From NCBI GenBank assembly GCA_965279525.1, contig CBDIIB010000005.1:960001-1024000 (forward strand): a DNA stretch of 64,000 nt. The letters run 5' to 3'. The notes under the pieces were generated by a model. That model worked only from the letters and a program-made list of their open reading frames with translations, did not search any database and was not told where the DNA came from. The stretch is from Tagaea sp. GTDB taxonomy: Bacteria; Pseudomonadota; Alphaproteobacteria; CACIAM-22H2. Both the position numbers and the translations under genes were made by a program. Below, one piece after another: positions 49,648 to 58,783 of the stretch; position 1 is the first letter of the stretch; each line of letters begins with the position of its first letter.

Positions 49648-50379
49648 CTACTTCTCCTTGTAACGATACCCCAGGCCGTAGAGCGTCTCGATCTGCGTGA
49701 AATCCGCGTCGACGGCCTTGAACTTCTTGCGCAGGCGCTTGACGTGGCTGTCGATCGTGCGGTCGTCGACGTAGATCGACTCGCCGTAGGCAAGGTCCAT
49801 CAGCTGGTCGCGGCTCTTGACGAGGCCCGGACGCTGGGCGAGCGCTTTCAGCAGCATGAACTCGGTGACGGTCAGCGTCACCGGCTGGCCCTTCCACGTG
49901 CACAAATGCCGTTCGGGATCGAGGGCAAGCTCGCCGCGCACCATCGGCGGCTCGGCGGTCGCCGAGGGCGCTTCGCCGGAATCCGCCGCGCGGTTCGCGG
50001 CCTGGCGGCGCAGCAGGGCGCGGATGCGCTCGACCAGCAGGCGCTGCGAGAAGGGCTTGGTGATGTAGTCGTCCGCACCCAGGCGCAGGCCCATCACCTC
50101 GTCCACCTCGTCGTCCTTCGACGTGAGGAAGATCACCGGCAGGCGCGAATGCGCGCGGATGCGCTCGAGCAGCTGCATGCCGTCCATGCGCGGCATCTTG
50201 ATGTCGAGGATCGCGAGGTCCGGCGGCTCGGCCAGCAACACTTTCAGCGCCTCGGTGCCGTCGGTCCAGCTGCGCACCTTGAAGCCTTCGGCTTCAAGGG
50301 CGACCGAAACGGAGGCGAGGATGTTGCGGTCGTCGTCGACGAGGGCGATGGTCGCTTGCGGAGCCGGGCTGGGGGTCAT
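49648..50379 (-). CDS. chvI: response regulator ChvI
   Basis: [64 protein letters not shown]. Confidence 0.95.
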   Translation of the reverse strand: MTPSPAPQATIALVDDDRNILASVSVALEAEGFKVRSWTDGTEALKVLLAEPPDLAILDIKMPRMDGMQLLERIRAHSRLPVIFLTSKDDEVDEVMGLRLGADDYITKPFSQRLLVERIRALLRRQAANRAADSGEAPSATAEPPMVRGELALDPERHLCTWKGQPVTLTVTEFMLLKALAQRPGLVKSRDQLMDLAYGESIYVDDRTIDSHVKRLRKKFKAVDADFTQIETLYGLGYRYKEK

Positions 50380-50564
50380 CGTTTCGATCTTGAGCGAGAG
50401 GGCCATGGCGGATCGGGTCCTCGGAATGTCCGGAATTGCGGGCAGTGGGTGAGGCCTACAATCTGGTGCCCGAATGCGGCCCAAATTGGGCGGCGTTTTG
50501 CCCGTTTCCGGACGCGCCGAAGCATCCGATAATCGATGCGCGCACTATAGGGAGAATCGCACGC

Positions 50565-51320
50565 ATGTCGACCGCCGAACCGGCACAAGCCCCAGTCCCC
50601 GATCCGCTACTCCTTGCCCGGCAGGTGGCGCGCGGCTGCGACCGGGCGGCCCTTGCCGCCGTCGCGCGCGCCGATACGCCCGAGTCGGGTGCCCCTTATG
50701 CCAGCCTCGTCCAGGTCGCCTTCGACCACGACGCCAGCCCGATCCTGCTGATTTCCACCCTCGCCGACCACACCAAGAACCTGCTCGCCGACCCGCGCTG
50801 CTCGCTGTTGTTCGACGGCACGGCGGGCCTCGCCGAGCCGTTGACCGGCCCGCGCGTCAGCCTGCAGGGGACCGCCCGGCCGACGTCCGACGCCCGGATC
50901 GCCGAGCGTTATCTCGCGCGCTTTCCGGGTGCGCGCATGTACGCCGGTTTCAAGGACTTCGCCTTCTGGACGGTGGCACCGGGACGGGCACACCTCGTCG
51001 CCGGCTTCGGGCGCATCCGCTGGTTCGACGCGTTCGCGTTCGACGCATCAGGCGCAGGCGATCTCGCCGCCGGCGAGACAGACGTGATCGCACACATGAA
51101 CGCCGACCATGCGGACGCCGTCGCACTCTACGCGACGAAGCTTGCGGGCCGAGCGGCCGGCGACTGGTCGATGACCGGCGTGGATCCGGAAGGCTTCGAC
51201 CTGCGCGAGGCGGTTCGCGGCGAAAGCGCGCGTCTTGCCTTCGACAAGCCCGTGCACGATCCCGAGACGGCGCGGGTCGAGCTCGTGCGGCTGGTCAAGC
51301 GCGCGCGGGCGGCGGGCTGA
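50565..51320 (+). CDS. HugZ-family pyridoxamine 5'-phosphate oxidase-like protein (with DUF2470-type C-terminus)
   Basis: PYASLV, LISTLADHTKNL..DPRCSLL, YAGFKDF, VAGFGRI, HMNADH. Confidence 0.85.
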   Translation: MSTAEPAQAPVPDPLLLARQVARGCDRAALAAVARADTPESGAPYASLVQVAFDHDASPILLISTLADHTKNLLADPRCSLLFDGTAGLAEPLTGPRVSLQGTARPTSDARIAERYLARFPGARMYAGFKDFAFWTVAPGRAHLVAGFGRIRWFDAFAFDASGAGDLAAGETDVIAHMNADHADAVALYATKLAGRAAGDWSMTGVDPEGFDLREAVRGESARLAFDKPVHDPETARVELVRLVKRARAAG

Positions 51321-51323
51321 GAG

Positions 51324-52487
51324 CTATTCTTTAAGGACGAATTCGCGCGGCGCGTTCTCTGCGAAATACGCATGCGCCGGCGCCACGTCCGCAAGGTCTC
51401 GGTGCTGCAGGCCGAAGAAGAACGGCGTCTGGTCGGGACGGTGGATGTTGAGCTTGACGTTGAAAGCATCCAGCGAAACGTCGGTGCGGATCGGATACCG
51501 GAACGCCTTGATGTCGAACGTCCCCGGCCCGATCTCGTCGCCGGTCAGATAGAGCTTCAGGCTCGATACCTTCTCGGTGCCGAGCAGCACGTTGTCGAAA
51601 TCCTGCAGGCGGCGCTGGGATAGCCCCATGAAACGGGGCGCGTCGAGATTGCGGTAGATGTTGCCGAACAGCGGCGGGCCTTCAACCATCGGCCGGTCGA
51701 AGGAGCCGATCAGGATCTGGCCCGGCAACGCGGCATCGACAAGCTGGGTGACGAGATCTCGCACCTCACCGAGCACGTCGTTGTGGATGACCGGGCTTGC
51801 GCCGCCGCGCGGCAACGAGAACTCCCAGCCGGCCCCGACGGTGAAGGCGGCCTTCACGACGGGTGCCGTGCGCGCGTCGCGCGCGCGTGCCAGACCGTTC
51901 TCGGCAAGTGCAAGGGCGATCAGGCAGAAGAGGTCGATGTCCGCGCGGTAGCCCTGGCGCCGGTTCCACAACCGGTAGCCCGCGGCCGTGGCACTGCGAC
52001 CCAGATCGATCTCGGAACCGAGATCGGCGATGCGGCGGGCCGCGATGTTGATCGAGTAGGAGAGTGTCGCGAGCTGGGCGATCTGCTCGGCCGTGGCGAG
52101 GCGGGCGAACCCGTCGATCTCGATGCGGCCCATCGCGTGGAACGGGGAACGGCGGATCGCGTAGCGCTGGACGCTCTGGGCAAGCGCCGCTTTCATCTGC
52201 GGCGTCGTCCACCAGCCGCCGGCCGGGATCGAATCGATGCGCAGGTTCGCGCGCTGCGCCACCTTGATCAGCGCCTTCGCGTCGAGCGGGTCGCCGCGCA
52301 GCAAGGCGGGTTCTGCGTCGGCCAGTTGTGGCAGGTCGGCGATCTGCGCCATCGCCACGACGAGGTCTTCCTTGTCGAGCGTCCAGCCGGCGACGAACCA
52401 GGCGCCCTCGCGCCACAGCTCCACCATGCGCCGGTCGATGGCGTGGAGGGCCGAGCGTGGATCGGAAATCGTCGCGGTTTCTGACAT
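51324..52487 (-). CDS. hypothetical protein, possibly a degenerate class III nucleotide-cyclase fold
   Basis: Long ORF with host-like codon usage; IEIDGF...SATAAGY...VKAAFTVG...PGQILI pattern. Confidence 0.6.
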   Translation of the reverse strand: MSETATISDPRSALHAIDRRMVELWREGAWFVAGWTLDKEDLVVAMAQIADLPQLADAEPALLRGDPLDAKALIKVAQRANLRIDSIPAGGWWTTPQMKAALAQSVQRYAIRRSPFHAMGRIEIDGFARLATAEQIAQLATLSYSINIAARRIADLGSEIDLGRSATAAGYRLWNRRQGYRADIDLFCLIALALAENGLARARDARTAPVVKAAFTVGAGWEFSLPRGGASPVIHNDVLGEVRDLVTQLVDAALPGQILIGSFDRPMVEGPPLFGNIYRNLDAPRFMGLSQRRLQDFDNVLLGTEKVSSLKLYLTGDEIGPGTFDIKAFRYPIRTDVSLDAFNVKLNIHRPDQTPFFFGLQHRDLADVAPAHAYFAENAPREFVLKE

Positions 52488-52511
52488 GCGGGGCAGCATG
52501 GCTACGCAACC

Positions 52512-52527
52512 GTTACCAACGCGTTAA
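52512..52527 (-). promoter_or_regulatory. CtrA-box-like site
   Basis: Minus strand TTAA-cgcgttg-GTAAC; one mismatch to TTAA-N7-TTAAC. Confidence 0.45.
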
Positions 52528-52552
52528 GCAATCCCGGTTCGGACAGTCCGGA

Positions 52553-52744
52553 TCAGGCTTGAATGTTAACGTTGTTACCGCGTGTGGCGGTCGTGTTCGA
52601 CGTCTGGTTCGTCGGCACCGGGGCCGCCTGGGCCGGTGGCGGCGGCGGCTGGGCGCGCTGGGCGTCGCGCTCGATCCGCGCGGGCGATCCCCCGGTCGGC
52701 GACACCGGCGAGATGACCTTGGGAAGGGGGTAAAGCTCGGCCAT
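52553..52744 (-). CDS. small Pro/Thr-rich hypothetical protein
   Basis: 63-aa ORF filling the gap; starts 4 nt after the upstream stop; ends RGNNVNIQA. Confidence 0.55.
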   Translation of the reverse strand: MAELYPLPKVISPVSPTGGSPARIERDAQRAQPPPPPAQAAPVPTNQTSNTTATRGNNVNIQA

Positions 52745-52748
52745 CGGC

Positions 52749-52949
52749 TCAGGCAAAGAACGAATAGGTGCCGGAACCGAACGATGCCGACGACGGTGGC
52801 AGCGGCGCCGGGGCGTTCGCGTTCGGCTCGCGCCGCACGCTCTCGGCGCGCGAATTGATGTCCGCCTGCACGGCGGGTGCGGCGATCGGATGCTTGTAGA
52901 CCTGCGCCGTGTTCGGCGAGAACACGGAAGGCATCACCTGATAGCTCAT
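52749..52949 (-). CDS. small Pro/Ala-rich hypothetical protein
   Basis: 66-aa ORF preceded by TTGGCC-N17-TAAGAT (52985-52957); ends GSGTYSFFA. Confidence 0.55.
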   Translation of the reverse strand: MSYQVMPSVFSPNTAQVYKHPIAAPAVQADINSRAESVRREPNANAPAPLPPSSASFGSGTYSFFA

Positions 52950-53009
52950 GGATGGCATCTTATATCAAAGGCCGGGTCCGGCCAAGCTGGCGCCGGAATC
53001 CCCGTCGAA

Positions 53010-55856
53010 TCAATGCGCTGCCGACCAGTTCGGGCCGGCACCCCAGTCCACCTGGAGCTTGACCGAGAGCTGCACGGCCGGTTCCGCGGCATTCGCCATG
53101 AGCCCGCTGACGAGGGCTACCGTCCGGTCCTGCTCGGCCGGATCGACCTCGAACAGAAGTTCGTCATGCACCTGCAGCAGCAGCCGCGCGTCGAGCTTTG
53201 CAGCCGCCAGTGCTGCCGGAATGCGAATCATCGCGCGCTTGATGATGTCGGCGGCACCGCCCTGGATGGGTGCGTTGATCGCCGCGCGCTCGGCGAATGA
53301 GCGCATCGCCGGATTCTTCGAGCCGATCTCCGGCAGCCAGATGCGCCGGCCGAATGGCGTGGAGACGTAGCCCTGCTGGTGCGCCTCCTTCTTGGTGCGA
53401 TCCATGTAGGCCCGGATGCCGGGATAGCGCTTGAAATACGCCTCGATATAGGCGCGCGCCTCGCCCTGCGGAATGGAAAGCTGGCGCGCCAAGCCGAAGG
53501 CCGAGATGCCGTAGATGATGCCGAAATTGATCGCCTTGGCGCGCCGGCGCGTTTCCTTGTCCATCTTGTCGAGCGGCACGCCGAACATTTCCGATGCCGT
53601 CGTCGCGTGGATGTCCTGGCCCTTGCGGAAGGCGTCCTTCAGCGATTCGATGTCGGCAACGTGCGCCAGCAGGCGCAGCTCGATCTGCGAGTAGTCGAAC
53701 GACAGAAGCGTCCTGCCGGCCGCCGGCACGAAGGCTTCGCGGATCTTGCGGCCTTCCTCGTTGCGAACCGGGATATTCTGCAGGTTGGGATCGGTCGACG
53801 ACAGCCGGCCGGTCGATGCGGCGGCAAGCGCGAAGCTCGTGTGCACGCGCTTCGTGCGCGGATCGATCGCCTCGACGAGAGCGTCGGTGTAGGTCGATTT
53901 GAGCTTCGCGAGCTGGCGCCAGTCGAGCACCATCTGCGGCAGCTTGTGCCCCGTCGCGGCGAGATCATCGAGGATGTCGGCACCGGTCGCGTAGGCGCCG
54001 GTCTTGGTCTTCGACGGCGTCCGGCCATCGGGCAGCGTCAGACCCAGCTCGTCGAACATGACCTTGCCGAGCTGTGCGGGGCTGCCGACATTGAACGGAT
54101 GGCCGGCTTCCTTGTGGATCGACTTTTCCAGTTCGTCGAGACGCAGCGCGAACTCGTTGGACAGGCGCTGCAGCGCCGCGCGGTCGACCGTGATGCCCTC
54201 GGCCTCCATCGCGACGACGACCGGAACCAGCGGACGCTCGATCGTCTCGTAGACGGTCAGCAGCCCTTGCTCGACCAGCCGCGGCTTCAGCGTGCGGTGC
54301 AGGCGCAGCGTGACTTCGGCGTCCTCGGCCGCATAGTCGCGCGCCTTGTCGAGCGGCACCTCAGCGAACGAGATGCGCGCCTTGCCGGTCCCCGTCACCT
54401 CGTCGTAGGCGATCGTCTTGTGCCCGAGATGCAGCTCGGCGAGCGCATCCATGCCATGGCCGTGCGCGCCTGCCTCGAGGACATAGGAGATCAGCATCGT
54501 GTCGTCGATGCTGGCGACCTCGGTAAGCCCGTGGCGCGAAAAGACCTGGATGTCGTACTTGATGTTGTGGCCGATCTTCAGCGTCGCCGGATCGGCGAGC
54601 AGGGGTGCGAGGCGCTTGAGCACCTCGTCGCGCGGGATCTGGCCCTCGACGAGTTTGCCTGCCGAGCCGAAATCGAGGCCGCCGGCGGCAGCGGCCGAAC
54701 CCGCCGACACGTGGGCGACCGGGATGTAGCAGGCATGGCCCGGCTCGACGCACAGCGACACGCCGACCAATGAAGCATTGAGCGCGTCGAGCGAGGTTGT
54801 CTCGGTATCGATGGCGCAGGCCCCGGCTGCCGTCGCGCGCGCGATCCACGCATCGAGCGACTTCAGGTCCTGCACGAGCTCGTATCGAGCCGGGCTGTCG
54901 GCCTTTTCGGGTGCTGCAGGTGCCGCCGACACCGACGGTGCTGACGAGGGTGCAGGCGGCGGCGCATCCGTTCCGCCGGTCAGCAGTCCCGCCGCCTCGA
55001 GCCGCGACAGAGTCGTGCGGAAGCCTTGCGCCTGCAGGAAGCCGCGCAGCTTTTCGGCATCGGGCCGCTTCAGCGTCAACGCGTCGAGCGGTACCGGTAC
55101 GGCGACGTCGTCCTTGAGGCGCACGAGTTCGCGCGAGACGAGTGCCAGCTCCCTGTTGGCCAGCAGGCTCTCGCGCCGCTTGGGCTGTTTGATCTCGCCG
55201 GCACGCTTCAGAAGCGTGTCCAGATCGCCGTAGGTGTTGATCAGTTCGGCCGCCGTCTTGACGCCGATGCCCGGCACGCCGGGCACGTTGTCGGTCGAAT
55301 CGCCGGCCAGGGCCTGCACGTCGACCACCCGGTCGGGCTTGACGCCGAATTTCTCGAAGACCTCGGCTTCGCCGATGGTCTTCTGCTTGATGGGATCGAG
55401 CATCGCCACGCCGGGCCGCACGAGCTGCATCAGGTCCTTGTCGGAACTGACGATGACGACCTCGTCGCCCGCTTCGACGGCGAGGCGCGCATAGGTGGCG
55501 ATCAGGTCGTCGGCCTCGAAGCCGGCAAGTTCGATCGCCGGCAGGTCGAAGGCGCGCGTGGCATCGCGCACGAGCGCGAACTGCGGCACCAGGTCTTCCG
55601 GCGGATCGGGCCGGTGGGCCTTGTACTGGGGGTAGATCTCGTTGCGGAAGCTGACGCGCGAGGTGTCGAAGATGATCGCGATGCGGTCGCCGGCATGCGT
55701 CTCGATCAGGCGCGAGACCATATTGCAGAAGCCCATCACGGCACCCACCGGCGTGCCGTCTGGCCGCGTGAGCGGCGGCAAAGCGTGGTAGGCGCGGAAG
55801 ATGAACCCCGATCCGTCGACCAGACAGACGCGGGCGCGGGACTTTGTCTTGCTCAA
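53010..55856 (-). CDS. polA: DNA polymerase I
   Basis: 5'-3' exonuclease LVDGSGFIFRAYH, 3'-5' exonuclease IDTET, polymerase motifs DYSQIELR, KAINFGIIYG, LQVHDEL. Confidence 0.97.
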   Translation of the reverse strand: MSKTKSRARVCLVDGSGFIFRAYHALPPLTRPDGTPVGAVMGFCNMVSRLIETHAGDRIAIIFDTSRVSFRNEIYPQYKAHRPDPPEDLVPQFALVRDATRAFDLPAIELAGFEADDLIATYARLAVEAGDEVVIVSSDKDLMQLVRPGVAMLDPIKQKTIGEAEVFEKFGVKPDRVVDVQALAGDSTDNVPGVPGIGVKTAAELINTYGDLDTLLKRAGEIKQPKRRESLLANRELALVSRELVRLKDDVAVPVPLDALTLKRPDAEKLRGFLQAQGFRTTLSRLEAAGLLTGGTDAPPPAPSSAPSVSAAPAAPEKADSPARYELVQDLKSLDAWIARATAAGACAIDTETTSLDALNASLVGVSLCVEPGHACYIPVAHVSAGSAAAAGGLDFGSAGKLVEGQIPRDEVLKRLAPLLADPATLKIGHNIKYDIQVFSRHGLTEVASIDDTMLISYVLEAGAHGHGMDALAELHLGHKTIAYDEVTGTGKARISFAEVPLDKARDYAAEDAEVTLRLHRTLKPRLVEQGLLTVYETIERPLVPVVVAMEAEGITVDRAALQRLSNEFALRLDELEKSIHKEAGHPFNVGSPAQLGKVMFDELGLTLPDGRTPSKTKTGAYATGADILDDLAATGHKLPQMVLDWRQLAKLKSTYTDALVEAIDPRTKRVHTSFALAAASTGRLSSTDPNLQNIPVRNEEGRKIREAFVPAAGRTLLSFDYSQIELRLLAHVADIESLKDAFRKGQDIHATTASEMFGVPLDKMDKETRRRAKAINFGIIYGISAFGLARQLSIPQGEARAYIEAYFKRYPGIRAYMDRTKKEAHQQGYVSTPFGRRIWLPEIGSKNPAMRSFAERAAINAPIQGGAADIIKRAMIRIPAALAAAKLDARLLLQVHDELLFEVDPAEQDRTVALVSGLMANAAEPAVQLSVKLQVDWGAGPNWSAAH

Positions 55857-55866
55857 CTGCCGGTGC

Positions 55867-56064
55867 TCAGTGGCCGCCGCGCGGGCTGCCGGGCTTCAGC
55901 ACGTATTTGCGGTCGCAATAGGGGCATTCGACGGAGTCGCCGGCCGCCATGGTCAGGTAGACCCGCGGATGGCCGAGGGCACCACCCGTGCCGTCGCACG
56001 CGACCGTGGTCGATTCGACCGTGACCGTTTCGGGGGGCGAGGTTGTCGTTGCGGGGCTGGCCAT
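55867..56064 (-). CDS. zinc-finger (CHCC-type) small protein
   Basis: VACDGTGGALGHPRVYL...CPYC. Confidence 0.9.
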   Translation of the reverse strand: MASPATTTSPPETVTVESTTVACDGTGGALGHPRVYLTMAAGDSVECPYCDRKYVLKPGSPRGGH

Positions 56065-56114
56065 GTTCGCTACTTCCGGAATGTTTGACCCTGTCGAGGC
56101 GCGGATGATACCCA

Positions 56115-57101
56115 ATGCACGCCCCGATGCAATCAGCGAAGCAACCCCCGCCCCCGGTTCCCGTCAATGCCCTCGAAATCGAGGGTCTGACGAAGATCTA
56201 TGCCGCGCGCGGCTCGATGCCGGCCAAGACGGCGCTCGACCGGGTCGATCTCGCCGTGCCGCGCGGCGAGATTTTCGGGCTGCTCGGTCCCAACGGTGCC
56301 GGCAAATCGACGCTGATCAACATTCTCGCCGGCCTCGTCAACAAGACCGGCGGCCGCGCGCGCATCTGGGACATCGACATCGATGTCGATCCGCGCGGCA
56401 GTCGCGGCGCCATCGGCATCGTGCCGCAGGAACTCAACCTCGACGCCTTCTTCACGCCGCGCGAACTGCTCGAACTGCAGGCCGGCCTCTATGGCGTGCC
56501 GAAGGCCGAGCGGCGGACGGCGGAAATCCTTGCGGCCGTCGGCCTTGCCGACAAGGCGGACGCCTATGCGCGCACCTTGTCCGGCGGCATGCGCCGGCGC
56601 CTGCTCGTGGCCAAGGCGCTCGTCCATGCGCCGCCGGTCCTTGTGCTCGACGAGCCGACGGCGGGCGTGGATATCGAGCTTCGCCAGAGCCTGTGGCGCT
56701 ACGTGCGCGAACTCAACGCGGCTGGAACGACCGTGGTGTTGACGACGCACTACCTGCAGGAAGCCGAAGAGCTCTGCGACCGCATCGCGATCATCAATCA
56801 TGGCCGCGTCGTCGCATGCGACACGAAGGCCGCCTTGCTCGCGCGCCTCGACGCCAAGGAAATGCGCGTGACGATCGACTGCGATCTCGGCGCGGTCCCT
56901 TCGGCGCTTGCCCCGTTCGCCGTCACGCTCGCCGGGGCACGCACGCTCGTGATGCAGTACCGGCCGAGCCGCACGCGCGTGGACGACCTGCTCGCCGCGA
57001 TCCGCGGCGAGGGCATCGCGATCGTCGACATCTCGACACGCGAAAGCGACCTCGAGGACCTTTTCCTTCAGCTCGTGCGCAGCGCGCCAGCCGCGGCCTG
57101 A
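56115..57101 (+). CDS. ABC-2 type transporter ATP-binding protein
   Basis: GPNGAGKST, LSGGMRRR, LDEPTAGVD, TTHYLQEAE. Confidence 0.92.
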   Translation: MHAPMQSAKQPPPPVPVNALEIEGLTKIYAARGSMPAKTALDRVDLAVPRGEIFGLLGPNGAGKSTLINILAGLVNKTGGRARIWDIDIDVDPRGSRGAIGIVPQELNLDAFFTPRELLELQAGLYGVPKAERRTAEILAAVGLADKADAYARTLSGGMRRRLLVAKALVHAPPVLVLDEPTAGVDIELRQSLWRYVRELNAAGTTVVLTTHYLQEAEELCDRIAIINHGRVVACDTKAALLARLDAKEMRVTIDCDLGAVPSALAPFAVTLAGARTLVMQYRPSRTRVDDLLAAIRGEGIAIVDISTRESDLEDLFLQLVRSAPAAA

Positions 57102-57108
57102 CGACGCG

Positions 57109-58050
57109 ATGAAGCGCCTGCTCGTCCTGCTCGCGGCACTGGCACTGGGTGCCTGCACGCCGATGCTTGCGCCGCGCGGCCCCGACATCCAGCTCCCGCG
57201 CATGACCGGCGACGCCTTCGAGATGGCCGATGGCACCGGCCTGCCCTATCGCGTCTGGCCGGCGGCGGGCGGGACGCCCAGGGCCGTGGTCGTGGCGCTG
57301 CACGGCTTCAACGACCATTCGCGCGCCTGGACGATGCCGGCGGACAGCTGGTCCGCACGCGACATCGCCACCTATGCCTACGACCAGCGCGGCTTCGGCC
57401 GTGCGCCGAATCCGGGAATCTGGCCTGGGACCGACACGCTGGTCGAGGATCTCGCGGCAGCGCTTGCCCTGCTTGTGGCGCGCCATCCCGAGGCGCCCGT
57501 ATTCGTCGTCGGCGAAAGCATGGGCGGAGCGGTCGCGATGGCGGCACTGGCGCGCGGACGGCTCGACGCGGCGACCGGCTCGGTCCTCGTCGCCCCCGCC
57601 GTCCGCGGGCGTTCGACACTGCTGGCCTTCGAGCGCTGGTGGCTCTGGCTTCTCTACAACACGGTCCCGGGCATTGCGCCGACGGTCTCGGTCCCCGGCA
57701 TCCAGCCGTCCGACAATTACGAGATGCTGCGCGAGTTTTCGGCCGATCCCTTGGTGCGCAAGCGCACGCGCGTCGACACGCTCAAAGGTCTCATCGATCT
57801 CATGGACGAAAGCCTTGCGTCGGCACCGCACCTCGTGCGCCCCGTGCTGATCCTGGTCGGCGCGCAGGATTCGCTCGTTCCGAGCGGGCCGATGGCGACG
57901 ATGCTGGCAAGCCTGCCGCCGGCCCCGCCCGCCGACCGGCAGGTCGTCACCTATCCCGCCGGCTTCCACATGCTGCTGCGCGACCGCCAGCGCGGTCGCG
58001 TGCACGCCGACATCGCTGACTGGATCCTCGCGCGCGCGAAGCCGCGATGA
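57109..58050 (+). CDS. lipoprotein alpha/beta hydrolase (lysophospholipase-like)
   Basis: Lipobox LALGAC, LHGFNDH, DQRGFG, GESMGG, GFHMLLRD. Confidence 0.85.
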   Translation: MKRLLVLLAALALGACTPMLAPRGPDIQLPRMTGDAFEMADGTGLPYRVWPAAGGTPRAVVVALHGFNDHSRAWTMPADSWSARDIATYAYDQRGFGRAPNPGIWPGTDTLVEDLAAALALLVARHPEAPVFVVGESMGGAVAMAALARGRLDAATGSVLVAPAVRGRSTLLAFERWWLWLLYNTVPGIAPTVSVPGIQPSDNYEMLREFSADPLVRKRTRVDTLKGLIDLMDESLASAPHLVRPVLILVGAQDSLVPSGPMATMLASLPPAPPADRQVVTYPAGFHMLLRDRQRGRVHADIADWILARAKPR

Positions 58051-58628
58051 TTCCGGCGCGCACCGAAGCGGTCGCGTGGCTGCTGGTCGCGATGCCGGGC
58101 GCGCTGCTTCTGGGCGGCTTGTGGTCGGGTGCCTACGACGCATCGCCGTGGCGCTTCGCGGTGCGCGAATCCGGACTTTGGGCGATGCGCCTGACCGTAG
58201 TGGCACTCGCGGTCTCGCCCTTCGTGGCACTGAGCGGGTGGCGCTGGATCGAGCCGTCGCGCCGGGCACTCGGGCTGGGGGCAGCACTCTACGCCTTCGC
58301 ACATGTCTGGTTCTGGACGCGCCAGTACGCCTTCGACTGGCCTTTCCTGCTCGAAGAGCTCGCGCGGCTTTTTCTGCTGCTTGGCCTTATGGCCACGCTC
58401 CTGATGGTCCCGCTCGCGGCGACATCGAACGACTATGCGCGCCGGCGGCTCGGCATGGCCGTCTGGCGATGCCTGCACCTGCTCGTCTATCCGGCTGCCG
58501 TGGCGGGCTGGTGGCACTATGCGCTTGCCGTGCGCCTCGACCGCACGGAGCTGTACGCGCAAGGTGCGGTTGTCGTGGTGGCACTCGCGCACCGGATCTG
58601 GCGTGCGCTGGTACCGGCACGCCGGTAG
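58047..58628 (+). CDS. MsrQ/YedZ-like heme-binding membrane protein
   Basis: SGLWAMR, RRALGL, YAFAH, PLAATSN, WRCLHLLVY, WWHY. Confidence 0.8.
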   Translation: MIPARTEAVAWLLVAMPGALLLGGLWSGAYDASPWRFAVRESGLWAMRLTVVALAVSPFVALSGWRWIEPSRRALGLGAALYAFAHVWFWTRQYAFDWPFLLEELARLFLLLGLMATLLMVPLAATSNDYARRRLGMAVWRCLHLLVYPAAVAGWWHYALAVRLDRTELYAQGAVVVVALAHRIWRALVPARR

Positions 58629-58783
58629 GCACGCTGCACTGCAACACTTAGTGCCCACTTCCTGTTGACTCTACCCGGCACCCAAGGGACAGTCGGGCCG
58701 ATCGAATGGCGCCGCACAACCGAAAACGGTGTGTCGGCACGAACGGCTCAAAACCGCCATCGATCCCATGGGAGGAACGTCAA

